From Eledone cirrhosa (Eukaryota), in assembly GCA_964016885.1 (NCBI GenBank), contig OZ024742.1, positions 251,162,001 to 251,226,000 of the forward strand: a DNA stretch of 64,000 bases, written 5' to 3'. This document shows, one piece after another, positions 1 through 62,458 of the stretch. How positions within the stretch are numbered: position 1 is the first letter of the stretch; each line of letters starts with the position of its first letter. The notes below the pieces were generated by a model. The model did no database searches, was not told where the DNA came from, and worked only from the letters and a program-made list of their open reading frames with translations. The translations under genes were made by a program, and so were the position numbers.

Positions 1-49557
<49,557 letters not shown>

Positions 49558-50544
49558 CTGCAAAGAAATTGAGACATGACTCCTTTAAACTGAAGATTTC
49601 AATAATAACTGTAAGCAATAAACCCCCATATGGTGAAAAATATTTGAATTTCTTCAAAATACAACAGCAATAACAACAACAATAATAATGATTTCTAGTA
49701 TAGGCACAAGGCCATTAATTTTGGGGGAGGGGAAAGTCGATTAAATCGACTCCAGTACGTTACTGGTGCTTTATTTTATCGACCTGCGTAAGGATGAAAG
49801 GCAAAGTTAACCTCGGCAGGATTTGAACTCAACAACAACAACAATAATAGCAAACATTTTAAGGTCATTTTCTCTTTCAAAGTAGGGAAAATGGCCTTGT
49901 GGGCCCCATAACATGCTTCTCCGTTTTTCTTTATTGTTTACAATGCCTTGCCATCCTTTAAGTCTTCATTTCCTTCTCTATCATCCCTAGTCATGTCTTT
50001 CTTGATCTTACCTTTCCTCTACTTCCTTCCACATTCATTTCCATCACTCCCCTTATCCAGTCACTTCTTCAACATATGACCCAACCATCTCATTCCATTT
50101 CATTTCACAACATTCATCACTGGTTCTATTCCTCTCACCCAATCATTTTCATTCTTCCTCAACACAAGACCCGACCATCTTATTCCATTTCTCTTTAAAA
50201 TATTCATCACTGGTTCTATTTCCATCACAGCCACTTTTATCCTTCCACAGTAAATGACCCAACCTTCGCATTTTATTTCTCTTCACAACATTCATCATTT
50301 GCTCTATTTTCATCTCTTCTTTGTAATTTATTGTTTGCCTTCCTCTCACATTGATACATCACTAATCCAGCATGCCAATCTAATTTCTGTTCTTACCAGC
50401 CATCTCAGAAAACATGAAGTTAAGTTAAATCTTGAAGTGAAGATAATCTTGACATGATTTACTAATGGTAGGCACAGCAAAAGAAGTTTGATTTTATTAG
50501 AAATATGGTAATGAAACAGTTAAAGGAATCAAGATGTCTATCTA

Positions 50545-51012
50545 GTTAGTAAGGCACAGTAGATAGTCTAGGGGACAGACAGTAGATAGTTTAGAGGACA
50601 GTAGGTATTCCAAAGGACAGTAGATAGTTTAGGGTACTAATGAGCCTAGTTATTATTTAAGGGATTGTAGATATTCCAAGGGACAGACAGTAGATAATTT
50701 AGTGTACCAAGGAGTCTAGTTATTGTTTAGGGGACTGTATGTATTACAAGGGATAGGCAGTAGATAATTTAGAGGTCAGTAGATAGTTTAAGGGACAATA
50801 GATAGTTCAGGGAACAGTTGAAAATTTAGTGTACCAAGGGACCTAGTTATTCTTTAGGGACTGTAGATACTCCAAGGGACAGACAGTAGATAATTGAGGG
50901 TAAAAAGAGGCCTAGTTATTGTTTAGGGAACTGTAGATATCTGAAGGGACAGCCAGTAGATAATTTAAGGGTAGTAGATAGTTTAGAGTACCAAGGGACC
51001 CTAGTTATTGTT
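50545..51012. repeat. Degenerate minisatellite (gggacagtagatagtttag-like)
   Basis: Repeated motifs visible. Confidence 0.75.
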
Positions 51013-51899
51013 CATTCATATTTGACAACTAAGTCTATATACGAGGATCTAACTTTAGAGAGAAGATATGAAAATCTTGGTTGGAAACATGACATTTTAA
51101 TGTCTGTAGGGGAAGTAGTGATACAGGGGTAGATAGAGGAATTCAGCAACACACATATATTTATAAGAGAGAAAATTGTGTTAGTGGAAGATGACCATTG
51201 GGTGAAAAAGTACCAGGGGATCCCTGTGAAAGGAAGTTGTGCTGGAAAAGACCTATCCAGCTTATACAAATATGGAAAAACAGACATCATCATCATTTAA
51301 TGTTTATTTTTCACACTAACATAGGTTAGATGGGTTGTCCTGTTTGAAGCAAGTTGGGTCAGGTGACCATGTCTTGCTCATACAGAACTGCTTTTGACTT
51401 AGTTTCTATGGTTGGATGCTCTTGGCACAACAATAAGCAGCCCCAGACCAACACCAGAAAACTACTATAGGTGATGGAGCAAACAGTAACACTGTTAGTT
51501 CCCAAGAAAACTCTCACAACACAGTGAAGTAGCTATGATGAAGTAAGTAAAGGCTGTCTGTAAAAAAGCCTAGTCTTCACGGGTTTAAGAAAAGTACCGA
51601 ATTGGTGACTGGTGTGAATAAGCCCACCAGACCACTGTAATATTGTTAGACACAATAAAAGCACTCATACAACACCATCCTTTGCACAGGGTAAAAGGGG
51701 TGCATTCAGGCTTTAGATAGAGGGGCTTGTTTGAAAAATATATTGCTGACTCCATCCAACTGGCAATGGTCTTGTGATCTGTCCTGTGAGGCATGGGATG
51801 GAGACACAAAGGTTGTGTATCCTGAGATCTCAAATGGGTCTAGAAGGGAGTAAATTTTAACAACTGACAACAGGAGCATTACAAACCTTACAGGTAATG

Positions 51900-53560
51900 A
51901 GCAGGAACTAGTGGAGGAGACATCTTAAAACTTAATCTGAGAAAAAGGTCTCTGTGGGTGGTACAAGTTTATGCACCAAAGAGAGAGCCCAAATACAGAT
52001 TCTTCCTTGTTGAATGTCACTGCAACATTAGAAGTAGTAAAGACTGAATCATATATCCTAATGAGGAACTTCAATGTATATGTTGGTACTGACCACCTGA
52101 TATTGGAAGGAACAGCGATCCCAATCTAAATATGAATGAAGAGGCCTTATTAGACTTCTGTTCTAGTAATAAGCTCTTTATTATGAATACCTTCTTCCAG
52201 CACAAAGACATCCATAAATATACATGGTATAAGAGAAATCAGAAGCAGAGATCAGTAACTGATTTCGTTATTGTCTCTGATCTCTTCAATTTTGTGCTGG
52301 ATGTTTATATTAAGGGAGGGGCTGAGCTGCCAACTGATCACCATCTTGTTATCTGCATCCTGAAACTACCTAAAGCCAGGTAAGCCGACAAATCTATTAA
52401 ATCCAAATTCAGAGAATTCTCTAAGTAAACTGAGGGTGTTGAAAAGGAGTGGAGATTTTTCAAATCAGCAGTTTCTGCCTCAGCTGTTAAATGTAGAGGG
52501 TGAAAGCAACTTGGTGTGGCACTGGGTGAAAGGAGGGTCCCTTGGTTCCATCAAGAAGTTAAAGATGCCATCCAAGTAAAGAAGGAGGCTTAAAAAGCTT
52601 GGCTTGAAAATAATTCTTCCTTCTTGCACTTGAGATACAAGCAGGCACAAAAAGTCGCAATAAAGACAGTAAAGGTGTCCAATGTTAGACATGGGAGGAC
52701 TTTGGGGTTAAGCTGGAATCTGACTTTAGATCAGCAAATAAAGTATTCTGGCATATCATCTGCTGACTAATAATAAGAAGTTCCCCTCCATATCTACTAT
52801 CAAGAATGCATATCTAGTTCTTCTCTCTTTAGAGAGGTACATCCTCGTGAGAGAGAAAGAACACTTTGCTGATCTCCTAAACTTGGTTATAACATCTTCT
52901 GATGTACATGAGGTACATCTAGGAGCAATGGCTAATCTCTCAGAGGTTAAGGTCACCAGAGCAATACAAGAGCTCAAATTTGGCAAGGCTTCTTCTGGAG
53001 ATGATGAAATCAATTCTGGGATGTTAAAAGATTTAAATAGAGAAGGTATTCTCTGACTGACTCATGTGTTGGATGGCCTGAATCCCCGGAAAGGCACAAA
53101 AGTAATGGATAATTGGGAGTGATAATCTCAATTTTCAAAATAGGAGACAAGAGAGATTACTCTAATTGTAGAGGGATTTCCATGTTAAGCCACTCATGTA
53201 AGGTCTACACTAAGTGTCTAGCAAAGAGATGAAGGGATATTGTTGAGTTCAAATTAGCTGAAAAACAGCATTTGCCTTGGATGCAGCACAACTGACCAAA
53301 TATTCAAACTAAAACAAGTCTTCAAGAAATTGAGGGAGTATTGGCAAGAGGTGTATTCTTGTTTTGTAGATGTCACAAAGACATATGACCACATTCCATG
53401 ATATCTGTTGTAGACAGTTCTGCAGGAGTATAGGATCAATGGACAGCTTCTTGTTGCTCTGAAGTCTCTATATGAAAGCCCTAGTATTTGTGTTAAGATA
53501 AATAGTGCTAAGTCAAAACTATTCAATGTGGATGTCTGACTCCACCAAGGGTGCATACTG
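51900..53560 (+). mobile_element. Old RTE-type LINE remnant (endonuclease end and RT start)
   Basis: NTFFQHKDIHKYTW, D..I, TDHHLV (APE); KASSGDDEI..MLK; degenerate KAYD and HQG RT motifs. Confidence 0.85.
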
Positions 53561-53994
53561 TGGTTTAGATAATAATGAAAAATAATTTATTTTATTGACC
53601 ACAAGTGCTCAATACATTGGGGAAAATACAAGGACAAAAGCAACACAACACAGAATGGGCTTTACATCAAGTAAAGGAAAAAAGGACATCACTGGAGTGA
53701 AAACAGTAGGAATAACATTAATAGAAATTGTAATGAATGTACATAAAAATAGGGAAAAAAATAAAGAAAAACAATAACAAATGTCAATAAGGACAAGTTC
53801 CTCAAGAGTGGGGAACTGCACTTTAGGGTAATCACAGGGAGAAACCACACACGAAGCTCCAGATTACTCTGTTACTTCACAGGCATAAAAATGCACTCTT
53901 CTGGTTAACTTCCTCTTTAGAAAAGCATAGTCAGATTAGGCCTATTTCAGTCTTAACCAAAAAATGTATATATCCACAGAAATGATAGAGTTGG

Positions 53995-54545
53995 GGCTTA
54001 TATACACTGGAAGTTATGCCAACAGAAAATAAGTGGTACAAACTTATACCAGAAAGGTGTCAGAGAATAACAAAGCAACCATACTCTGGGATATGCCAAT
54101 ACACACAGACAAGGAAATCAAATCCAACTGACTGGATATTATAGTCAAAGACCACAAAGTAAAAATGTCTTCTAATTGATGTATCTATCCCCACTGATGA
54201 CAACATTTCTACCAAGGAAATGGAGAGATTATCCAAATATAAAGTTCTAAAGATAGAAATAACCTGAATGGGGGTGGTGAAAACAGAAACAATACCTATA
54301 ATAATAGCTGCACAGCAAATGATTAAAACAACACAGACAGATGCATAATCAAAACCCCAGCGCTCACAAATATATGCAGCATACAAAAAATAATACTATT
54401 GCCTACTGCACATATATTATGAAGAGTTCTCACAATACAATAGAAACAAAACCAACAAAAACCACACAACACATACCCAAGATGCACAGAGTTGTGCTCA
54501 GTAATGCAATGATGACACACAACAAATATAAGACTAATAATAATA
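53995..54545 (+). mobile_element. R4/Dong-like non-LTR retrotransposon 3' fragment
   Basis: Frameshifted ILWDMPIHTDK..LLIDVSIPTDDNISTKEMERLSKY (RLE endonuclease); ends in (TAA)n. Confidence 0.75.
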
Positions 54546-55072
54546 ATTGTTTCTACTTTTTTGGCACAAGGCCAGCAATTACCCAGTACATCACTGGTAC
54601 TTTATTTTATCGACCCCGTAAGGATGAAAGGCAAAGTTAACCTCGGCGGGATTTGAACTCAGACCATTAAGGGCCATAACTCTTTGCTGCAAAGCATTGC
54701 GTCAATAATAATAATGGTTTCTGATTTAGGCATAAGGCCAACAATTTTGGAGGAAGGGTAGTTGATTAAAATCGACCTCAGTATGTTACTGGTACTTATT
54801 TTTTCAACCACTCAGCAAGAAATGGAAAGAAAACTGAAGAAAGAGGAAACACACTAATGATAATAATAATAATAATCCTCTAGGGAAATATGTATGACCA
54901 GATTTATTCTGACCAATGACCCAATAGCTAGTAAGTTATAGCTTCTATTGTTGTACCAAATATATTGGCAAATAGTCAAGACCTACTCAGACCACTGCCA
55001 ACTATTGACATAGACTGAAGACATCTACATTTTCACATTTTAGTAACTAGTACTACTACTACTATTATTACC

Positions 55073-55104
<32 letters not shown>

Positions 55105-55504
55105 ATAAACATATTTTGTATGCCTGCGCATAATATATGTATGTAAATTATGTGTGTGTGTAAGTATATATGTATATATATACATCATTATTACTGAGGT
55201 TAACTTTGCCTTTCATCCTTACGGGGTCGATAAAATAAAGTACCAGTAATGTACTGGGTAATTGCTGGCCTTGTGCCAAAAGTAGAAACAATTATTACTG
55301 ATGGGGTCCATCAACAGGAGCAGCTATGACTCAGCCCTGGTAGTATTGATAAGATACAGTTAATCCTATCAACACCTCAAGCAACAACTATAAGTGTGGA
55401 CACGATAAGAAGAAGATTATTTCTGATGATTTCATATGAATGAAACAGTTCTATTCATGTAGAAGTCATGTCTATATAAAATAAAGATACCTTTAACCAC
55501 ACGG

Positions 55505-55885
55505 TTGCACATGGCTTAGTGGTTAGAGCATTGGCCTTGCAATCAAAATGTTGTGAGTTCAATTCTCAGACTGGGTGATGTGTTGTTTCCTTGAGCAAGA
55601 CACTTTATTTCACATTGCTCCAGTCCACTCAGCTGTAAAAATGAGATGATAGGGACTGGGGTCCATATCATTCCACTGCAAAGTGGTCGTGGAGGTGCCA
55701 TGGCAAAAAAGCACTCAGCCAACACTGTAAAGTAAACGTGTAGGCACCACGGAAAAAAAGCACCCAGCACTCACTGTAAATGAGGTTGGTGTTAGGAAGG
55801 GCATCCAGCTGTAGAAATCAAGCCAGAATCAGTTCCCGTCCCACCCTTGCAAGCAGGGAAAAGCGCACGTAAAATGTTGATGATG
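55505..55885 (+). mobile_element. CORE-type SINE copy
   Basis: Homology to 13200-13537. Confidence 0.85.
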
Positions 55886-56691
55886 AATGATATCTTATTG
55901 AGTACCTTTTTTAACTGTGGTTACCTCCTGATACCCATCAGGAATGCAAACGTAATTATATATATATAAATATAGATATATATATATAGTTATGAAATAA
56001 TTATATAATTATTATATAATAATTGTTTCTGAGGAAGACAGTAAAACAGATCTAGGATATTCAGACTAGAAATAGGTGGTGACATAACCAATATATCAAT
56101 TTACTATGATCAATCAACTCTCTGAAACAATTGTAAAATATTGAAGTAATTAAGAACCTATCTTTGACTTTTGTTTTATTTTCATTGTCCAATAGACAGA
56201 CATATATATATATGACTCTGTAGTTCAATTAGAATCTTCGATGGAACCTAATGCGATGAAAGCCTACTACAAAAACTAGAGCTTTCAAAGCATAATCTCA
56301 TTGAAATCATCTCTTCAAGACTGAATAAAGTTATAACAATGTTATTGGCCCCACCATAAACAGATTGATACCAGTGTATATATATATATCATCATCATCA
56401 TCGTTTAATGTCTATCTTCCATGCTAGCATGGGTTAGATGGGTTTGTCCCATTTAGAGGCAACTTGAGTCGGGTGACCATATCTTGCTCATATAGGACTG
56501 TTTGTGGCTGGTTTTCTACAGTTGGATGCCCTTCCTAGTGCCAACCACATTTACAGTATATGCAGGGTGCTTTTTGTTGTGACACCTACATGACCACTCT
56601 ACAGTGTTGGCTGGATATTTTGTGGTACCAACATAACATACATGTATATATATATATCATGATAATGGTATATGTATATATATTTGTGTAC

Positions 56692-57372
56692 ATGAAAGTA
56701 CAGTAGCTAGAGTCAGAACTGGCTGGAAAAAGTTCAGAGAGCTTATACCACTATTAGCTGCTAAAGGGTTCTCCCTAAAAATGAAAGGCAGGTTGTACGA
56801 TGCCTGCATACGAACAGCAATGTTGCATGGCAGTAAGACCTGGGCATTGTGTGCAGAGGATATACGCAGACTAGAGAGGAACGAAGCTTGCATGCTCCGC
56901 TGGATGTGTAACAGTAATATACGTGAACGGCAAAGCATAAACGAACTAAGGAAAAAATTAGAAATAAGAGGGATCAGATGTTGTTTACTCGAGAGAAGGC
57001 TACGTTGGTATGGACACGTGATGCGCATGAAAGTCGATAGCTGTATAACAAAGTGCAGGGCAATAAAGATAGACGGTAGCCACGGAATAGGCAGACCTAG
57101 AAAAACCTGGGACGAGCTGATAAACTCCGACCTCACACACTTACACCTCTCCAAGACAATGTCACTGGACCGAGACCTTTGGCGGTACTCAGTAACAGAG
57201 AAGACCCGCCTTACCTAAATACATAGTAAAACCTACTACAGCCAGTAGGCATCTCTAACAAAATACCCCCCCCCCCCGTCCCACCACCACCACCCCCACC
57301 CCATCCACACCACCCCGTTCTATGTAAAGTTATGTTGGTCCCACACCATCCAGGCCGAAACAAATGAGATCG
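56692..57372 (+). mobile_element. RTE-clade LINE 3' fragment
   Basis: ORF 56781-57218 KGRLYDACIRTAML...RLRWYGHV...GRPRKTW, then C-rich UTR. Confidence 0.92.
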
Positions 57373-57695
57373 TCAAGCATAGATGAGTTGAGAGAGAAAC
57401 TGTGTATAAGATGGATAAGTTGTGGCGTGTGGGAGAGAAGACTGAGATGGTATGGACATGTGATGTGCATGGAGGATGACCACTGGGTAAAGAAGTGCCA
57501 AGAAATCCCAGTAGAAGGAAGACGCAGTAGAGGAAGACCAAGAAAAACATGGGCGGAGGTGGTGAGAGCAGACCTCAGATCGCTGAAACTCACGGAGGAG
57601 ATGATGAAGGATCGTGTCAAATGGAGAGATGCTGTGCTGAATAGGACCCGTCCTACCCTTGCAAGCAGGGAAAAGCGGACGTAAAATGATGATGA
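57373..57695 (+). mobile_element. RTE LINE 3' end, second subfamily
   Basis: RRLRWYGHV..GRPRKTW; tail cccttgcaagcagggaaaagcggacgtaaaatgatg; same family at 8140-8450 (-). Confidence 0.9.
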
Positions 57696-57724
57696 ACATC
57701 ATCATCATCATCATCACCACCACC

Positions 57725-58510
57725 GTTTTATGGCTATTTTCCACGCCTGCATGAGTTAGACGAGTTGTCCTGTTGTGGGCAATGCTAGGTCAGGTGACCA
57801 TGTCTTGCTCATACAGGACTGATTCTGGCTTGGTTTCTACAGCTGGATGCCCTTCCTAACGCCTACCTCATTTACAGTGAGTGCTGGGTGCTTTTTGTCG
57901 TGACAACTACATGACCACTTTACAGTGTGGGCTGGGGGATTCACTGGATGTATTTACTTTGGCCTGTCCTCATAGGGGTGTATGGGAGGGTGGGTTGGGG
58001 TATACTGTATATAAGCTTTGGCTTGTGCTCGTGGGAAGTCAGGTCTTCTGTATTACTGCGTATCGCCAGAGATATTTGTCCCGTGTCGTCGCCTTTGAGA
58101 GGTGCAATTGGGTAAGATCGGCTTTTATAACAAGATCGGCTTTTATTACCTCGTCCCAGGTCTTCCTGGGTCTCAAAACTCCAAGGCTTCCATTGACTTT
58201 GAGCGCTCTGCAGCTTTTTACGCTGCTGTCATCCTTCATAGGCATCACATGTCCATACCAACGCAACCTCTTCTCCTGAACACAGCATTTGATTCTTCTT
58301 ATGCCTAGTTTCTCTCTCAGTTCATTTGTGCTTCACCGTTCTTGTACATCACTATCACATATCCATCAGAGCATGCAAGCTCCATTTCTTTCCAATCTAT
58401 GGAAGTCTTCTGCACACAGTGCCCAGGTCTCACTACTATGCAACATTGCTGTTTGTATTCATGCATCATACAGACTGCCTTTCATTCTGAGGGAAAAGTC
58501 TTTTGCAGCA
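57725..58510 (-). mobile_element. RTE LINE 3' fragment
   Basis: RWYGHV, RPRKTWDEVIKADL; shared 3' UTR. Confidence 0.88.
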
Positions 58511-59133
58511 GAGCTGATACATAAACGTGAGTATGCATATGTACACACATACACATATATATATATATACATATCAGTGTATATATGTATACACACACAT
58601 ATATATACATATACATATGTATGTATGAGTTATATTGAACATTAATAATCATTTTTTATTCGTTTCTAAACAAACAAGCCCAATTAGAAGCAGTGCCATG
58701 CTGGTGACCGGTTGTCACCTGTTTGTTCAACACTGGCTTTGAGGAACAATCAACATGTTTCTGGGTCATTACCCTTCATACAACTGGTTGCCGACATAGC
58801 ATAGCTTCAAATTGGGCTCGTTTGTTTACAAACGAATTGAACATTATTATTAATGTTCGATATAACCCATACATACATAAGTATATGTACATATTTGTGT
58901 GTGCATATATATATATACACAGATATGTATATATATATATGTGTGTGTGTGTACGTATGTATACTTATTTTTATGTATCAGCTGTGCTAGACCAAGAAAT
59001 AAAATTCTTATTTTATTTTTAATATTCGGCAACGCCAGCTGCAACTCGCTCACTATGCAAATGAGGCTACTCAGCCGATGTATACTTAAGAAAATACTAT
59101 ATATTTTCAACCATTCAACACATTGGCAGAAAG

Positions 59134-59178
59134 GTATACAGTCCTGATGAAGGGTAATGACCCAGAAACATGCTGTAC
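59134..59178 (+). ncRNA. Hammerhead-like motif, degenerate; inverted partner at 58746-58790
   Basis: CTGATGA-A-GGGT-aatg-ACCC-A-GAAACATG; the partner has palindromic AACATGTT but a mutated CTGA. Confidence 0.45.
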
Positions 59179-59488
59179 TTTTATGTATCAGCTGTGCTAG
59201 AGCAAGAAATAATATATATATATATATATATATGCACTCAGTATACTCTGTAATGTGGTTGGTGTTAGGAAGAACGTTTGACTGTAGAAACCATACCAGT
59301 GTGGAAAATGGACAAAATATGATGATGATAATGAGGCGTGTGTGTGTATATATATACAAAGGTTATATTTAATTTGTTGGAATTCAACAAACTTAAAAGT
59401 TTTATAACTGATATAAAGCACTCAACAGATTGGTGGAGTAAATATTCATTATATTAATAAATGGAAACTATATTTATAAAACCATAAT

Positions 59489-59556
59489 TATTTTATTATA
59501 TATATTTCAAGGGCAACCAAGGCAAATATTTTGGTGCACTTTCATCAGATAAAATA
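59489..59556 (-). ncRNA. Putative minimal type I hammerhead ribozyme
   Basis: tattttat-CTGATGA-aagtgcaccaa..ttggttgccctt-GAAA-tatata-TA-ataaaata: 8-bp helix I, paired helix II, palindromic helix III. Confidence 0.7.
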
Positions 59557-59729
59557 CAAAATTTGTTTTATGAATGTTGACATACCTGCCGAAGAACAAC
59601 CTTGACGGTTGGAGGTTCACTGGATATGGTTTTATAAATATAGTTTCCATTTATTAATATAATGTATATATATATATATATATATATAACAGAGTGTTGT
59701 AGTTTGCTTGAAGCATTGTTGAATAGGAA

Positions 59730-60058
59730 ATATAAATTTAAATAATTTTAAAAGCCATACAATGAATTAGAAAATTAAAGGTGCCAAGATAACAATAGAA
59801 TTTTACCGTAAAAAATTTAATTATCCCAAATATTTTCAGGTTTGAAAACCCATTATCAAGGGAGTATCCCTGTGAAGGTCTTCGAGGACTTAAAGGGTTG
59901 GTCGGAGATGAGTTGTTGATACTCCCTTGATAATGGGTTTTTAAATCTGAAAATATTTGGGGTAATTAAATTTGCTAAGGTAAAATTCTATCGTTATCTT
60001 GGCACCTTTAATTTTTTCTAATGCATTGTATGGCTTTTAAAATTATTTAAATTTATAT
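59730..60058. repeat. Fold-back element, ~138-bp arms, ~49-bp loop
   Basis: tataaatttaaata..gggagtatc vs gatactccc..tttaaatttata; loop holds a decayed hammerhead-like string. Confidence 0.92.
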
Positions 60059-62420
60059 ATATATATATATATATAAAGGGTTGAGAAAACTCTTCAGTTA
60101 TGGCAAGGACATGACAACCTCCCTACTGTTGGTGCCACAATAAAATGCACCCAGTACACTCTGTAAAATGGTTAGTAAAAGGTTATTTGCACTAGAAAGT
60201 GAAAGATCCAAGAATATTCACACAGGAAAGTAAGAAGTTCCATGATAATAGTTGTGGAAAATAAGGGAGAGAGATCAGATATGTGTGGTCTTGAGCCAAT
60301 GGAAGAAACCATATTTGTAACTATTGTTTTAAACTTCACCACTGACTAGACAGAACCTTACATTGGAGGAGGAGGAGGAGGAGGAGGATGGTGGAGGGGA
60401 GATCGGAGAAGGAGGTGGAAGCAGGAGAGGATAGGGGTTAAAGGAGGAGAATAAGGAGGTGGATGATAACTATTGGCTTATGTATGCTGTCCTCAACATC
60501 ACCATCAACAACAGCACCACTACCTTCAACCCCCCCCCCCCCCCACACACACACACCACCACCACCTTCAACACCCCCACCAACACTAACAATGCCACTA
60601 CCTTCAACTTCCCTCCCCACCTTTAACCCCCACCAACACTAGCAATGCCACTACCTTCAACCCCCCACCACCTTCAACACCCCCCACCACTAACATTAAC
60701 AATGCCACTAACTTCAACACCCACCACTGCCACCACCAACAACACCACTAAATTTCCTACCAACACCAACACCAACACCAACAACAACACTACCACTATT
60801 AGTTAGACAAAGAACATTATCATAAGTAGCTTTTATAATCACCCATTGTTATCTATAACCATAAAGTATTCATCATTATATAATAAGATCAGATGATATA
60901 CTTAACAAGTTATTGATCATCAATATTTGATGACTTAATTGTTTTTTCACATCATAATATGTTAATTAATAATTGGTAATTGGCAATAAGTGACTCTGGT
61001 TATAATCGATGTTTGTTCATAGAACACGTTTGACCATGATTTATGGAAAGGACTCAATGCAGGTTAACAGAATGAGCCAAATAATACAATACAGTGTGTA
61101 AACTATAGGTAGAAAAGATATATAGTGGATGAGCAGGCAAGCTAACACAGATGTACGGGGATAGTTTACAATAAGATACATGTGAAATAAACTTTCTTCC
61201 AATCCTGGGTATGTATCGTCGATGTAGTTATAGTTTCTGTTACCTAGGTGACTTAATTAGCAACGGAGGAGGTTGCTTTATGAGTATAGTAGCTAGAATA
61301 AGAAAAAACCCCTGAAAACTGCTACCTCAATTGACAAATGAGAGTATGGCTGTACAATGCCATGCTACATGATAGAGACACATGGGTAGTGAATGCAAAT
61401 AATATACAATGGCTGGAGAGAAAGGAAGCAAGCATTAGATGTGTGATGTTAAAGTGTAAACCAAACCATGAATGGACATGTGATGCATATGAATGATGAT
61501 TTTTGGATGATGAAGTGCCAAGAGATTGGAAGGAAGTTGTGATGGAGGAAGACCAGGGCAAAAGTGGTGCGGATTAATCTTTAAATGCTTAACCTGACAG
61601 AGATGACAATGGAATGCAATAAATGGAGACAGATTGTGCTAACCCATGCAAGCAAGTAAAATGTTGATGGTGATGGTGACAAGCATTTTAAAGCCATTTT
61701 CCTCTTAAAAACGTTTTGGGGCAATATTTTACATCAAAACACTCTTCTTAGCACCAGCCCTTTTAGTTGCCTCTTACAAAACAGAAATATGGTATGCATA
61801 TTCTAAACTGGATACAAATATTGTATCTGGTAAATGGTGATGAATAATATTTAAATATATAAAAAGAGTAAAGACCTCCTTCAGGCACAAATGACCATGA
61901 GCTTTGCACCTAGAAAGTTCCCCTTCAAGGCACAAACCTAGGCAAGGTGGGTTTTTTTTTTGGGGGGGGGGGGGAACCAGCAGTCTCTCCACTTTATACC
62001 AATAATGTTGTCCGAGAAAAGGCAAAGGCCAATAAAGTTTGGGACTAGTAACGTTGCATCATATACACATTATATATACATTATGTACACTATATATGAT
62101 GTCCAAGGGAAAGGTAAAGGTCAATACAGTTTGGTACCAGTGGTGTCACAATTCATTTCTAAAGCTGAATGCATCACCCAGTCTGGGACTCGAACTCTCC
62201 ATACTACACACATGCAGCAGTTGTCTTCTAAAAAAGCATATTTTCAAGTATTGAGGAAGTTTTGTCTTTATTCTGATATATATATATATTACTTCTACTT
62301 TTTTCTTCTCACCCGTCTATTTTTCTCTCCCACCCTAGTACTCCACCATGCCTAATCTCTAAAAACATTTTTTCCAATTCCACCCCGCCCGTCTCTGCAA
62401 TCTTTCTAATTTCTCATTCT

Positions 62421-62458
62421 TTCTTCTGATGAAGGACTAGCGTCCGAAACGTTAAAAC
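62421..62458 (+). ncRNA. Hammerhead-like motif (Penelope-type, degenerate helix I); homolog at 3626-3662
   Basis: CTGATGA-A-GGAC-tagc-GTCC-GAAA-CGTT; downstream ~90 bp also shared with 3662-3750. Confidence 0.5.
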
